Source of the DNA: an uncultured bacterium
Lineage (GTDB): Bacteria > Bacteroidota > Bacteroidia > Bacteroidales > Muribaculaceae
Assembly (NCBI GenBank): GCA_905214735.1
Contig: CAJMNI010000001.1
Span: 27,504 to 91,503, forward strand
DNA: 64,000 bases
Direction of reading: 5' to 3'
Every line of letters begins with the position of its first letter. Position 1 is the first letter of the stretch. Below the pieces are notes generated by a model. The model searched no databases. It had not been told where the DNA came from and saw only the letters and a list, made by a program, of their open reading frames with translations. The position numbers and the translations under genes were made by a program. Shown here in pieces: positions 10,601 to 20,462 of this stretch.

Positions 10601-13600
10601 GTAGACATACATCTTGCGATAGGTCTTGCCGTAGAACGGGAAGTCGAAGGGAAGTTCCACCTCGACATAGTCGTGGAGCATGTAGTCGCTGAGCGTGTGC
10701 TGCTCGCCGAGGCCGTTGGTCTCGATGTCTACCCAGTCATACTTCACGGAGGAGTCGTCGCCCGAGAAGGTGTAGTTGTAGCTTGTCTTGGCCTTGGAGT
10801 TCTCGGGAAGAGTCATTCTGGCGATCGGATCGGGGATCACGGAGTAGAGAAGGGTCTCGTTGCCGTTGTTGGTGACGGTGATTTCCTTCATGAGTTCCGC
10901 GCCGCTCTCGACAGTCTCCTCGATCTGCTCGGGAGCGATGTCGGCAGTGGGCACTCCGATTACATTTGCACGGATGTTGGCCTTCACTTCGCCGGCCGAG
11001 GTGGTGACGGTAAGCACGTCGGAAACTGCTCCCTCCTTCGAGGTCGGAACGGTCACGACGAGGTCTTTTGCCAGACCCGGTTTCAAGGTGAAGGGAAGCG
11101 TCGCATCGAGGGTCATCTCGGTGCCTGCGAGAGATGCCGCTGTCACTTCGAGGTCGCGGTGGCCGGTGTTCTTGACGGTTACGGGGAGTTTTACAACCGA
11201 AGTGCGGAACACGTCGCCGGCGTCAAGGTCGTAGCTGTCGAGAGCCACACCGGGCACGAGGCCTGCGCCGTCGATCACCGCGTTGATGCGCACTGCCGAA
11301 TGCTCGGGAGCCGGATCATTGGTGATGATGGCGAGGTTGTTGAAGGTCTGGCCGGCATCCATGCCGGAGTTGGCCTGAACGGTGGCGGAGATCTCAACGC
11401 TCTCTCCCGGGTTTACAATACCGGCGGGGCTGTTGAGCGAGAGGATGAAGTTGGCCTTGGGAGCCTCGAACTTCACTGCCGTGCCGCTGCCGAAGAGGCG
11501 GAAGCGGGTGTTGTCGGCGGTGGGTTCATCGGTGCCCCAGTAGTCGGCCATGTCGGCGCTGGTGAGAGTGATCTCGTCGGTCACCTCCGGGTCGTTGATG
11601 CCGCAGAAGAGCGTCGAGCCCTCCTGGAACACGATCGAGGGATCATAGTCGTCGTAGAAGATCTCGATGTCGCCGTTGGCGGCGAGGGTGAGATGGAAGC
11701 TGATCGGAGTGTACTCCTTGTCGTAGACGGTGGCGAGGACGTTTTCGAACTTCACCACAAACTTGCCGTCCTGCTTCGCATACTCCACACGCGAATTGGA
11801 GTTCATCATCAGCTGTCGGCCGTAGGCGGAGATCAGACCGGTGCCTGCCACTCCGTAGGAATCGGGGGTCAGCGGATCAACCATGGCGTCGGTGTTGGGA
11901 GCGAACATCAGTCCGCCGAAGCTGGTGATATAGACCTGCTCGTAGTTCTTCCCGTAGTAGGGGAAGGCGAAGCCGAGCGCTATCGGATCCGACACATAGA
12001 CGTCGTCGGAGAATTTCGACTGCACGGGAGTTGCGCCGATAAGCGCCGGATTGCCGTCGTAAGCAAACTCGCTGTAGCCTTCGAGAGTCGAGGCCACCGT
12101 ATAGCCGAACTTGTGGTTCTTGGCGGTCTGGCCGCTGACGGTCTCCGACGAGAATTTCGGGAAGACATATTCGAGAGGATATTTTCCTGCGTTGCCTACC
12201 TTAAACTTCACTATGGAGGGTTCGTCGCCGACATTGAGCGTGCCGGCGTCGACGGTGGCGGGATCAAGCGTGAGCTTGGAGGGCTCGGTCGCCGAACCCT
12301 GCACCACGAGGCGCACCTCGCGGCCGTCGGCATCGGTGAAGATGACGTTGCCGGTGTGGCTGCCGCCCGATGTCGGAGCGAAGGTCACGTCGAACGATGT
12401 GCTCGTGCGGGCCGGGAAACCGGAGGATATGCCGTTCTCAGGACCGCGGAAGTTTTCATTCGACACGGTGATGTTGCCGTTGTAGAGACCGGGATCCCAC
12501 TGCGAGCCGCGGAAGCTGCCATAGCCTTCGTTGAAGGCCTCGACGGTCATCGTCTTCGTCTGGCCGACGAGCAGCGAACCGAAGTCGACGATCTTGGGCA
12601 TCACCACGGAGGGCTCGTTACCCTTTACGGAGTAGCTCACCGGAATCTTGACCTCGTTGTTGTCGCTCTGGTTGTTCTGCAGCCTGATGTTGAAGTTGTA
12701 GGAGCCGTTGACGAGCTTGGAGCCGTCGGCGCTTACCTCCACTGTCTGCATCTCTCCCTTGCGGACGGTGCCCGATTTGGGAGTGAGCTCGAGCATGTCG
12801 CTCCAGTCGGGGTTGGCCGAGCGGGCGATGATGCCCCAGGTGAGTTCCTTGGCCATCGATTCCCATTTGCTCCCCTTAAGAGCGTTCTCGAGCAGGCTCC
12901 ATGTGCGGCCTTTGTCGGTGCTCATGTAGGAATAACTCGAGGCGTTTTCCACTACGGAGTGGGCCATGCCGAGGGGATACCCCTCCTGGTTGCCGTCGAA
13001 GTGGACCGCGATCCAGAAGGATTCTCCGGGACGGAAATAGATCTGCTCCTGGAGGTTCATCGGATAGCCGTAGGCGAAATACTGATAATCCACTGTCTGG
13101 ATCAGCGTGGCCGACGAGATGGTAACGTCCCCCTTGTAGACCTGCACCACGGGGTTGGTGCCGTAGGCGCCGTCGATCACGATCTGCGTGAGGTTGAAGC
13201 CGTCGGGATATTGCTCGGGATCGACGTAGAACCACTGCGCCATCGAGTTGGGGAGCGTGCGGTCGGTGTCGCCGATATAGGCCTGGATGTAGTCGTAATA
13301 TTTGATGTTGAGGGGGAAATCGGATGCCTTGTAGTCGGCCGGTACGCGCGCATAGGTAGCGAGCGATTTACCCTCAATCTTGCCCTTGAAGGGAGCGACG
13401 TTGCCGATGTTGGGACGCGCCAGAGACTGCGGCGATACCGACACGGTCGACTTGTCAGCGCTCCATTTGAGCAGACCATCGGCGGTGTTGCCGATATTGA
13501 ATGAGGCCTTGGCCACCGGCTCGGCAGCCGTGGAGCTCATGGAGAGCGACGTGGCGTCGACGGTCATTTCCGGGCCGGCGTTGGTCGTGACGCTCTTCAC

Positions 13601-15418
13601 AGGCGACAGCGGCGCTGCGTTGCCCCAGCGGTTGACTGCCTGCACGGCGATATAATAGGTGGTCATCGGCTTGAGGCCGGTGATTTCCTGGGTGAAGCTG
13701 TCGCCCGAGCTGAGGAATTTGGTGTCGGCTATCACCGAGGAGACGTTCGACAAATCATCCGCTGTGAAGGGCGAAGCGGAATAGTAGACGAGGTGATGGT
13801 GGACGTTGTTGTCGCCAGAAGCGGGAATCGTCCACGACACCGAGACATAATCCTGGGCGGCGTCGAGCGTGAAGTCGTCGACCGGCGAAGGAGCTGCGCC
13901 GTCGCCCATGGTGAGGGCCTTGTCGGCGTCGATATATCCGGAGCCGTAGTTGCCTTCATAACGTTCGTTACCCTCGATGCCGTAGAAGTCGTTGACCGAG
14001 GTGACGAGCTGCGTGCGGAGGCTCTCGTTGACAAAAGTCGGCGAGCCATACTGCGAAAGGATCAGGGCGGCGATACCCGACACGTGGGGCGTGGCCATCG
14101 ATGTTCCTTCGTTGAAACCGTAGCTGTTGTTGGGAAGGGTGGAGAGGACTCCGCCGGTTTCTCCGTAGTCGAGCAGACCGCCGGGGGCGAGCACGTCGAC
14201 ATAGGAACCATAGTTGGAGTAGGAGGCGGGCTTGAAGTCGTTGGTCATTGCGGCGACCGCCACTGCCGGCTCATAGCAGGCGGGGTAATAGTCGCCCCCT
14301 TCGCCATTGTTTCCGGTGGCGAAGATGCAGAGGCCTCCCTTCATCTTGGAGGTGCCGGCCTCGTTGGTGAAATAGTCGATGGCGTCGAGCACAGCCTGCT
14401 CGTAATAGCCCGAGGCGTCCCAACCCCAGCTGCACTGGGCGATGGAGGCGCCGTTGTCGGCGGCATATACGAGAGCTGCGGCAAAGTCACCGTCGCCGGC
14501 GCCATTGCGCGAATCAAACACCTGACACGACATCATCCTCACTCCGGAGTTGGCGAGGCCGTTGCCTCCGGCCACGCCGGCCACGCCGATGCCGTTGTTG
14601 TTGACGGCGGCAACCGTTCCGGCCACGTGCGTGCCGTGGTTGTGGGGATAGATCTCACCGGAATTGGTGCAGAAGTTATAGCCGTAGATGTCGTCGACAT
14701 AGCCGTTGCCGTCATCGTCGACACCGGGAGTGCCGTTGAGCTCGGCGAGGTTGACATGCATGTTGGCGCTGAGGTCTTCATGCTTGTAGTCGACACCGCC
14801 GTCGATGATGGCCACCACTACGTCGGGCGTGCCGGTCTGCTTCTTCCAGGCGTTGAAGAGGTTGATGTCCGACCCGGCGATGCTTCCTCCGATCGTGCCG
14901 AAGTTCTGGTAATGCCACTGCTGCGGCAGCCGCGGGTCGTTGAAGGGATAATACGCTTCGGTGCGCGGAGCGGCGGCCGCCTTGCGGAATCCGCCGTCGC
15001 CCTCCTTGAGCACCATGGGCGTCACGGTCTCTGAAATCTCAACGCCGGGGGTGAGAGCCAGCTTCTTGCGGGCTGTCTCCGACGACACGCCCTCATCGAA
15101 CGTGACGACATACCAGCGGTCGAGACCATACTTGGCGTGCCGGGCAGCGTAGGGGGAGTTCGGAGGCAACATCGGCCGGATGCCGGTCACCTGAATCTGC
15201 CCCAGGGAGGCGTCGAGCGCCGTGACCCCGGTCTGAAGCGAGCTCCCTTTCTTTTTCATCATGGGCTTTTGGCCCACTTTGCGAGCTACTTCCTGCTGCA
15301 ACTTGACACGCACCACACCCTTCGCAGGCTGAACCTTCGAAGGGTTCGCGGCTGCCATGGTCATGCCGCCCGAGAGGGAGACTGCGACCATCGCGAGCCA
15401 TACTGAGAATTTGTACAT
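7652..15418 (-). CDS. Giant (2588 aa) secreted S8 subtilisin-family serine protease with Fn3/Ig-like repeat extension and T9SS C-terminal sorting domain
   Basis: Signal peptide. Subtilase catalytic triad motifs present: IIDGGVD (Asp), HGTHVAGTVAA (His), GTSMATPHVSG (Ser). Long beta-rich repeat region. C-terminus ...GVYLLTVKYDGRLLTRSILKK is a T9SS CTD. Confidence 0.85.
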   Translation of the reverse strand: MYKFSVWLAMVAVSLSGGMTMAAANPSKVQPAKGVVRVKLQQEVARKVGQKPMMKKKGSSLQTGVTALDASLGQIQVTGIRPMLPPNSPYAARHAKYGLDRWYVVTFDEGVSSETARKKLALTPGVEISETVTPMVLKEGDGGFRKAAAAPRTEAYYPFNDPRLPQQWHYQNFGTIGGSIAGSDINLFNAWKKQTGTPDVVVAIIDGGVDYKHEDLSANMHVNLAELNGTPGVDDDGNGYVDDIYGYNFCTNSGEIYPHNHGTHVAGTVAAVNNNGIGVAGVAGGNGLANSGVRMMSCQVFDSRNGAGDGDFAAALVYAADNGASIAQCSWGWDASGYYEQAVLDAIDYFTNEAGTSKMKGGLCIFATGNNGEGGDYYPACYEPAVAVAAMTNDFKPASYSNYGSYVDVLAPGGLLDYGETGGVLSTLPNNSYGFNEGTSMATPHVSGIAALILSQYGSPTFVNESLRTQLVTSVNDFYGIEGNERYEGNYGSGYIDADKALTMGDGAAPSPVDDFTLDAAQDYVSVSWTIPASGDNNVHHHLVYYSASPFTADDLSNVSSVIADTKFLSSGDSFTQEITGLKPMTTYYIAVQAVNRWGNAAPLSPVKSVTTNAGPEMTVDATSLSMSSTAAEPVAKASFNIGNTADGLLKWSADKSTVSVSPQSLARPNIGNVAPFKGKIEGKSLATYARVPADYKASDFPLNIKYYDYIQAYIGDTDRTLPNSMAQWFYVDPEQYPDGFNLTQIVIDGAYGTNPVVQVYKGDVTISSATLIQTVDYQYFAYGYPMNLQEQIYFRPGESFWIAVHFDGNQEGYPLGMAHSVVENASSYSYMSTDKGRTWSLLENALKGSKWESMAKELTWGIIARSANPDWSDMLELTPKSGTVRKGEMQTVEVSADGSKLVNGSYNFNIRLQNNQSDNNEVKIPVSYSVKGNEPSVVMPKIVDFGSLLVGQTKTMTVEAFNEGYGSFRGSQWDPGLYNGNITVSNENFRGPENGISSGFPARTSTSFDVTFAPTSGGSHTGNVIFTDADGREVRLVVQGSATEPSKLTLDPATVDAGTLNVGDEPSIVKFKVGNAGKYPLEYVFPKFSSETVSGQTAKNHKFGYTVASTLEGYSEFAYDGNPALIGATPVQSKFSDDVYVSDPIALGFAFPYYGKNYEQVYITSFGGLMFAPNTDAMVDPLTPDSYGVAGTGLISAYGRQLMMNSNSRVEYAKQDGKFVVKFENVLATVYDKEYTPISFHLTLAANGDIEIFYDDYDPSIVFQEGSTLFCGINDPEVTDEITLTSADMADYWGTDEPTADNTRFRLFGSGTAVKFEAPKANFILSLNSPAGIVNPGESVEISATVQANSGMDAGQTFNNLAIITNDPAPEHSAVRINAVIDGAGLVPGVALDSYDLDAGDVFRTSVVKLPVTVKNTGHRDLEVTAASLAGTEMTLDATLPFTLKPGLAKDLVVTVPTSKEGAVSDVLTVTTSAGEVKANIRANVIGVPTADIAPEQIEETVESGAELMKEITVTNNGNETLLYSVIPDPIARMTLPENSKAKTSYNYTFSGDDSSVKYDWVDIETNGLGEQHTLSDYMLHDYVEVELPFDFPFYGKTYRKMYVYNTGFVSFTKRNDDKIWPEPPADFPGGSVYTNIIAPYWGLHSMDQTKTAGTFHYVTDDRAVVSFMEYGNSMNYGVDFQLILEKDGTFKFQYKGNDENAVLFNLFGLAGIADQGGENFVKLPERMVTFDQAVSFYPVVQSPVEPGQSETIRLDFDTRRMAGVYETAINVNTNVPGKEKIEIPVSMTLTGEAKPAWPADVTVENVLGYQSTDYSNPLVQMGAMYDAPFKVANEGTAYFNIDMISVGGPTIYDEWLDMEMPVFMLFVNGPEYDWEGNPTGKNVWQQYQAGFPLSVGSQPLEFSVPMLPNEYAYTPGEYDVPVTFSYTTEQGDFEKTVNVKFVVTPAPAMALDKEEIIVKAPDNENVINESVSISNAGEYTLKYSLRLDPTGVGEEAPDTGGGGIDPMSKVAKKVPAIGAADMALAEGKLNVKRRAASAFDVPSDFDFLNSLYYPAVPGTSSVYNYGSNSTYDTFKEAVSFKAPAGGFNISHIYIPVNIETEKNYNVDFQIIQGSDPAGENVLGTASLLIESQKNPNEGKFFVVPLDKSTYINPDEEFTVVVSYPAGVDAPGYVVAKEEAVVSGRYQAYMEDYGWYDVGELFKDQYGSLGWILTCLETEAGSPWITLLTPEGDATVEPGESTEIKVAVNPATARMEKNNKAMLVIKSNDPNAPLVNLPVILDCNGKPVIDAPAGTVFAREGETTEVNIIVTEPDGEDFTVAIDDADGYAAIASVVASEADAAAQITANEDGSYTVANVSGAVAVNVALTADFGNASKGHSFEIEATDAKGYTGKARVLYDIEHVNRAPEANAETVVEIAPGQASGVIDFASMFTDPDGDEMTFAFEMAANGVADAFTTDYGVIFAAKSVGEATATVKATDAAGDSADGKIKVTVKETSGIDGVDAENGDLRVNPNPVSDTANVICGFSASKAEFAIYSTNGQIIDRKEASVSAGETVTLDMTSASAGVYLLTVKYDGRLLTRSILKK

Positions 15419-15561
15419 GATTCGTATTGGTTAATTAAAAAATATGGAAAATGTTTCTATAAGTTCGGGTCAGTAATGTCTTCGCTGCAGCGCTCTGATA
15501 TGTTTCTCGCGACTGCTTAAAGATCAAGGAGCCAATCTCGCGGAAGATTGTCGTTCGGGTC

Positions 15562-15615
15562 ATAAGCTCTAATGTAAAGCCGTGGGTTATAAGCTCTAAC
15601 GTAAAGCTATGGGAA
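15562..15615. repeat. Imperfect tandem direct repeat, 2 x 27 bp (ATAAGCTCTAATGTAAAGCCGTGGGTT / ATAAGCTCTAACGTAAAGCTATGGGAA)
   Basis: Read directly, about 80% identity. GTTCGGGTCA also recurs at 15463 and 15553. Lies in the 570-bp non-coding region 5' of the S8 megaprotease gene. Confidence 0.55.
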
Positions 15616-15990
15616 TAAATTCCACTACATAGCCGAAACCGGCGCCGGCAAAGCCGAAACATATTGCCGACCGATTTCATCACAAATGTAATCAATTTTT
15701 TCGTAATTTTATTGCCTTTCTTGCGGCGATTTATGAAAAATTAAGATTTTCCATCCCTTTGCAGCCATATTTAACATATTCGCAACATAAAAAAAGGCTG
15801 CTCTCGCGAGTAACCTTATTTCCGGACGGGGTTTTCGTCCTTTTAACTTAATGAACAAAAATCTATCTTCTAACTGCAATAGAAACACCCCGCGGGATAA
15901 TAATGTTTAGGATTTTAACAAGTTTTTACTCTCGTTAACACTTGCAGCTTTACCCTTCCTCGCATAAGGCTGTTCCTTAGACCCTGCTCC

Positions 15991-18048
15991 TTAGAATTTC
16001 GGGGTCGTAGGGACGCCGATTTTTGAGGGGTCTAAGAGGGCGATCATCTTGGAGGCGACCTCGGAGACTGCGCGCATCTGACGCCATACGCGGCGGTCGT
16101 AGGGCAACGACAACAGATAGATAGGCAGTCCGACCGGTGCAAACCACATCAACCCTTTCCTGATCTTCACGTCGGCACCGGGAACCGGCTGCATGATCCA
16201 TAACGAACGCATCACCGGAAGCTTATTGAGCAAGGCGTTAACCTTCAGATCCTTGCTGTCCGACAGATAGTCGCATATCCGGTCAAGAAGCTCTCCGAGC
16301 TCATTGATCGGCGCCGGATCATAACCCTTGCGCCAGAAATCTGCGTAACCGGGACGCTGCTTGTGGACGCGCAGCCAGGAGTCGGCCATCGAAGAGGCCT
16401 CGCCGAGCATTTCGATAGCCTTGTCGACATTGACATCGTTGATAATCACCTCCTTCACTGGCACATGACGCGACTCCGGCAAACCAAGCCGCAGACGGAT
16501 CCAGTTCTTGTAAAGGTCGGGATTGAACACCGCCGAGTCGTTCATCGCCTTATAGGTCACGAAGATGCCGAGCGGCAGCAAGATAAACGTCGACAACCAC
16601 ATTCCGGCCCACGCATCCCAATAACCCTCCCGGGCCATCTTATAGCCTGTGTTGTCGATGATATAGTAGACAAGGAAGAGGAGCACCGAGATCACGAGCG
16701 GTGCGCCGAGTCCCCCTTTGCGGATAATGGCGCCGAGCGGTGCACCGATGAAGAGCATGATGATACAGGCCACCGAAAGCGTGAACTTCTTGATCAGCTC
16801 GATGCGGTGGCGGCGCAGGCGCTTCTTCTCGTCGCCGATCTGCATGGCGCGGAATTCCAGTTCCGACGCCCTCATGCGGCAGATGTTGGTCGCGTTGGCA
16901 TAGACACCGTCGCGGCGCGACGGCTCGAGCGCCTTTATCAGCGAATCGAGATCGAGCGGAGCCACATCGGTCCTCTCTTTCTTCTCCTTTTTATCCTTCT
17001 TATCTTTTTTACTCTCCTTGGCGAAGGGATCGGCGGGAACTTCTGTGGCAGCGGCAAAGGGATCGCGACTGCCGAACGACGGCGGCCCGGCCGACATGCC
17101 TCCATGCCTCTCCCCCATCAGCACCGGAAAGACTTTCTCCCCAAAACCATCCACATTCGCCTTCCCTATCGAGTCGATGCGGAGCGTAAGCGAATCGATC
17201 GTCTGGCGCAGTTCCGACATGTTTTTCCCCACATACTGGTTGCGCATTCCCTGCTCGTCGAGCCGCGTGAAATTGGCGTCGAAGGGGATCAGCACTTCCT
17301 TGTCGAAGAAAGACTCGCGTCGGAAAGGAACGTTGCGGTCGGTGGTCTTCTGCTCCCGGAGGTTTTCAAACTGCTCGCCCTGATAGAGATGCAGATAAAG
17401 ATAGCGCATGTCTTTAGTGAAGGCCAGACGCGCCGAGTCGGCAAGCAGGATCGTGGAGTTGTCGCCACCATGCGACACGTCGTAGATCATCACGTCGTGA
17501 AGCATTCCGGTGGCGGGATTTTTCGACTTCACATAGAGATTGTAGCCGGGAATCTGGTCATAGAACACCCCCTCGGGGATTTCCAGCTCGGGGCTTTTCT
17601 GCCGCGCCGAGAAAAGGAGCGTCCACATCTTCACCTGCGCCCGGGGCAAAACGTCGTTCTGGAAAAAGAAAGCCCCCACGGCAATCAGCGAAACCAGCAC
17701 TATCAGCGGACTCATCGTCTTCACCAGCGACACGCCCGAGGCCTTGATGGCCGTAAGCTCCGACTTCTCGCCGAGATTGCCGAATGTCATCAGCGAGGCC
17801 AACAGTATGGCCAGCGGCAAAGCCATAGGCACCATCGAGACGGCGGCATAGAAAAAAAGTTCGCCCAGCACGCCAAACGACAATCCCTTCCCGACCAGAT
17901 CGTCGATATAGCGCCACAGGAACTGCATGAGCACGATGAAAAGCACGATGAAAAATGTCATCGCGAACAACGGCAGGAAGCTCTTTAAGATAAAGAGATA
18001 CAGGCGTTTTACTACTCTCATGCTGACTATCTCGCCCCTTGTGGGCAA
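15991..18048 (-). CDS. LptF/LptG-family permease (YjgP/YjgQ), long Bacteroidetes form
   Basis: 685 aa. N-terminal TM helices, then a periplasmic beta-jellyroll region (LHDVMIYD, LYLHLYQGE), then C-terminal TM helices. Confidence 0.75.
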   Translation of the reverse strand: MPTRGEIVSMRVVKRLYLFILKSFLPLFAMTFFIVLFIVLMQFLWRYIDDLVGKGLSFGVLGELFFYAAVSMVPMALPLAILLASLMTFGNLGEKSELTAIKASGVSLVKTMSPLIVLVSLIAVGAFFFQNDVLPRAQVKMWTLLFSARQKSPELEIPEGVFYDQIPGYNLYVKSKNPATGMLHDVMIYDVSHGGDNSTILLADSARLAFTKDMRYLYLHLYQGEQFENLREQKTTDRNVPFRRESFFDKEVLIPFDANFTRLDEQGMRNQYVGKNMSELRQTIDSLTLRIDSIGKANVDGFGEKVFPVLMGERHGGMSAGPPSFGSRDPFAAATEVPADPFAKESKKDKKDKKEKKERTDVAPLDLDSLIKALEPSRRDGVYANATNICRMRASELEFRAMQIGDEKKRLRRHRIELIKKFTLSVACIIMLFIGAPLGAIIRKGGLGAPLVISVLLFLVYYIIDNTGYKMAREGYWDAWAGMWLSTFILLPLGIFVTYKAMNDSAVFNPDLYKNWIRLRLGLPESRHVPVKEVIINDVNVDKAIEMLGEASSMADSWLRVHKQRPGYADFWRKGYDPAPINELGELLDRICDYLSDSKDLKVNALLNKLPVMRSLWIMQPVPGADVKIRKGLMWFAPVGLPIYLLSLPYDRRVWRQMRAVSEVASKMIALLDPSKIGVPTTPKF

Positions 18049-18074
18049 CTTTTGCGGCTGTAAAGTTAGAAATA

Positions 18075-18107
18075 TTTGGCGAGAGAATAAAATTTTTTGT
18101 AATTTTG
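18075..18107 (+). promoter_or_regulatory. Bacteroidetes sigma-A-type promoter: -33 TTTG (18075-18078) and -7 TAATTTTG (18100-18107) upstream of pta
   Basis: Matches the -33 TTTG / -7 TAnnTTTG consensus with 21-bp spacing. The extended element TTTTTGTAATTTTG recurs at 38054 and 42694. Confidence 0.6.
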
Positions 18108-18218
18108 TAGGTTAAGAAACGCCAAATCCCGACAACAGGATACTCCCGGCGAGGAATATTCCGACCGGCCGGGAATAGAAATTACGACATAAAAACCAAC
18201 CTTATAAAAAGAAAAGAA

Positions 18219-19232
18219 ATGACACTCTTTGAACGTCTCACCAAGAAAGCACAACAGCATCCGCAAAGGCTCGTTCTGCCCGAATCGCTCGAACCCCGCA
18301 CGCTTCAGGCTGCCAACCGGGTAATTGAACAGAAAATAGCCGACGTCACTTTCATCGGCCACAAGGATGAAGTGCTGAAAAAAGCCTTCGAATTAGGTCT
18401 CCAGCACATCGAAAAAGCGCATATCGTAAGCCCCGACGACGAGGCGTTCACCGAAGTATATGCCGAACTTCTCAAGAAACTCCGCGAGAAAAAGGGAATG
18501 ACCATCGAGCAGGCCCGCGAGCAGGTGAAGAACCCGCTTTACCTTGGCTGCCTCATGATCAAGCGCGGTGACGCCGACGCCATGGTAGCCGGCGCCCTCA
18601 GCCCCACGAGCCACGTGCTCCGCGCCGCCTTCCAGGTGCTCAAGACAAAGCCCGGCATCTCAGTGGTGAGCGGCGCCTTCATCATGCTTCTCCCCGAGAA
18701 CGTTCCCTTCGGTGAAGACCACATGCTTATCTTCGCCGACTGCGCCGTGGTGCCTGATCCCACAGCCGAGGAACTCGCCCAGATCGCAGTGGCCACCGCA
18801 AAGACCACCAAAGACATCGCCGGCCTCGATCCTGTTGTGGCCATGACAAGCTTCTCCACCAAGGGTTCGGCTTCCCACGAGCGCGTTGACAAAGTGATCC
18901 GCGCCACCGAACTCTCCCACCAGATGGATCCCCAGCTCAAGATCGACGGCGAGCTCCAGGCCGACGCCTCGATCGTGGCAGCAGTCGGCAACATGAAGGC
19001 TCCCGGCAGCCCCGTGGCCGGCCATGCCAACACGCTCATCTTCCCCTCGCTCGAGGTCGGCAACATCGCCTATAAGCTCGTGCAGCGTCTCGCCGGCGCA
19101 GGCGCCGTCGGCCCGATCCTCCAGGGTCTCGCCGCTCCGGTCAACGACCTCTCGCGCGGTGCTACGGTCGACGATATCGTAAACACAATCATCGTGACCT
19201 GCAACCAGGCCATCGGCGACAAAAATCTTTAA
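18219..19232 (+). CDS. pta: Phosphate acetyltransferase
   Basis: 337-aa short-form Pta. Adjacent to ackA. Confidence 0.92.
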   Translation: MTLFERLTKKAQQHPQRLVLPESLEPRTLQAANRVIEQKIADVTFIGHKDEVLKKAFELGLQHIEKAHIVSPDDEAFTEVYAELLKKLREKKGMTIEQAREQVKNPLYLGCLMIKRGDADAMVAGALSPTSHVLRAAFQVLKTKPGISVVSGAFIMLLPENVPFGEDHMLIFADCAVVPDPTAEELAQIAVATAKTTKDIAGLDPVVAMTSFSTKGSASHERVDKVIRATELSHQMDPQLKIDGELQADASIVAAVGNMKAPGSPVAGHANTLIFPSLEVGNIAYKLVQRLAGAGAVGPILQGLAAPVNDLSRGATVDDIVNTIIVTCNQAIGDKNL

Positions 19233-19265
19233 TTCAACCTTCTAACTTTCAAGAGACTCAACAAA

Positions 19266-20462
19266 ATGAAAATCTTAGTTCTCAACAACGGATCTTCAAG
19301 CGTAAAATACAAGCTCATCGACAGCGAGACGAAAAATGTGCTCGCCGAGGGCGGCGTTGAAAAAATCGGTCTTCCCGATTCTTTCCTCAAATTCAAGAAG
19401 CCCGACGGCACCAAGGAGACGATCACCGTCAGCATGCCCGACCACAAGGAGGCTATCCGCCAGGTGTTCAAGGTGCTCACCGACCCGGAGAAGGGCGTCA
19501 TCAAGAGCCTTGACGAGATCGAGGCTGTGGGCCATCGCGTGGTGCACGGCATGGAATATTTCAACAAGTCGGTGCTGATCACTCCCGAAGTAATCGAGAA
19601 GGTGAAGGAATGCTACCCCGTGGCTCCTCTCCACAATCCGGCCAACATCACCGGCATCGAGGCTGTGCTCGACCTGCTCCCCGGCGTGCCCCAGGTGGCT
19701 GTGTTCGACACGGCTTTCCATCAGACCATGCCGGCCAAGGCATATATGTATGCCCTCCCCTACGAGGATTATGAGAAATACGGCATCCGCCGCTACGGCT
19801 TCCACGGCACAAGCCATCGCTACGTGTCGCGCCGCGCCGCCGAATTCCTCGGCCTCCCCCTCGACAATCTCCGCATGATAACCTGCCACATCGGCAACGG
19901 CGGCTCGATCACCGCCATCAAAGACGGCAAGAGCATCGACACTTCGATGGGTCTTACCCCTACCGAGGGTCTGATGATGGGCACGCGCGTTGGCGACGTC
20001 GACCCGGGAGCGCTCGTCTATCTGATGCAGCGCACAGGCCTTGACGCCGACGGCCTCGCCAAGGTGATCAACAAGCAGAGCGGCGTGCTCGGCATCTCGG
20101 GCATCAGCAACGACATGCGCGACATCGAGAACGGTATCAAGGAGGGCAACGAACGCGCCCGCCTCGCCATGGACATGTATGAATACCGCATCCTGAAATA
20201 TATCGGCGCCTACGCAGCCGTGCTCGACGGCGTCGACGTGATCGTCTTCACCGGCGGCGTCGGCGAGAACCAGACCGGCACCCGCGAGTATCTCTGCCGT
20301 CACCTCGGCTATCTCGGCGTGACTTTCGACGCAGAGGCCAACAAGACGCGCGGCGAGGAAGTCGTTATCTCGGGCAAGGATTCCAAAGTGAAGGTTGTCG
20401 TGATCCCCACCGACGAGGAGCTCATGATCGCCGAAGACACCGCAGCAATCGTTTCCAAATAA
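19266..20462 (+). CDS. ackA: Acetate kinase
   Basis: 398 aa. N-terminal MKILVLNNGSSSVKYKL and other conserved acetokinase motifs. Confidence 0.95.
   Translation: MKILVLNNGSSSVKYKLIDSETKNVLAEGGVEKIGLPDSFLKFKKPDGTKETITVSMPDHKEAIRQVFKVLTDPEKGVIKSLDEIEAVGHRVVHGMEYFNKSVLITPEVIEKVKECYPVAPLHNPANITGIEAVLDLLPGVPQVAVFDTAFHQTMPAKAYMYALPYEDYEKYGIRRYGFHGTSHRYVSRRAAEFLGLPLDNLRMITCHIGNGGSITAIKDGKSIDTSMGLTPTEGLMMGTRVGDVDPGALVYLMQRTGLDADGLAKVINKQSGVLGISGISNDMRDIENGIKEGNERARLAMDMYEYRILKYIGAYAAVLDGVDVIVFTGGVGENQTGTREYLCRHLGYLGVTFDAEANKTRGEEVVISGKDSKVKVVVIPTDEELMIAEDTAAIVSK

Noticed and set aside
10445-13504. Very long ORFs antisense to real genes: 1019 aa at 10445-13504, 458 aa at 5119-6495, 541 aa at 16363-17988, 335 aa at 19296-20303, 449 aa at 22725-24074, 563 aa at 28690-30381, 601 aa at 51659-53464, 624 aa at 55157-57031, 368 aa at 62598-63704
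   Set aside because: Each lies entirely within, and opposite to, a gene with clear homology and motifs. They are rich in Arg/Gly/Ala/Val, which is typical of reverse-frame readthrough in ~60% GC DNA where stop codons are rare. No independent signals support them.
15435-15695. 86-aa ORF in the upstream region of the S8 megaprotease
   Set aside because: Low-complexity sequence that spans the 27-bp tandem DNA repeat. More likely non-coding regulatory DNA than a gene.
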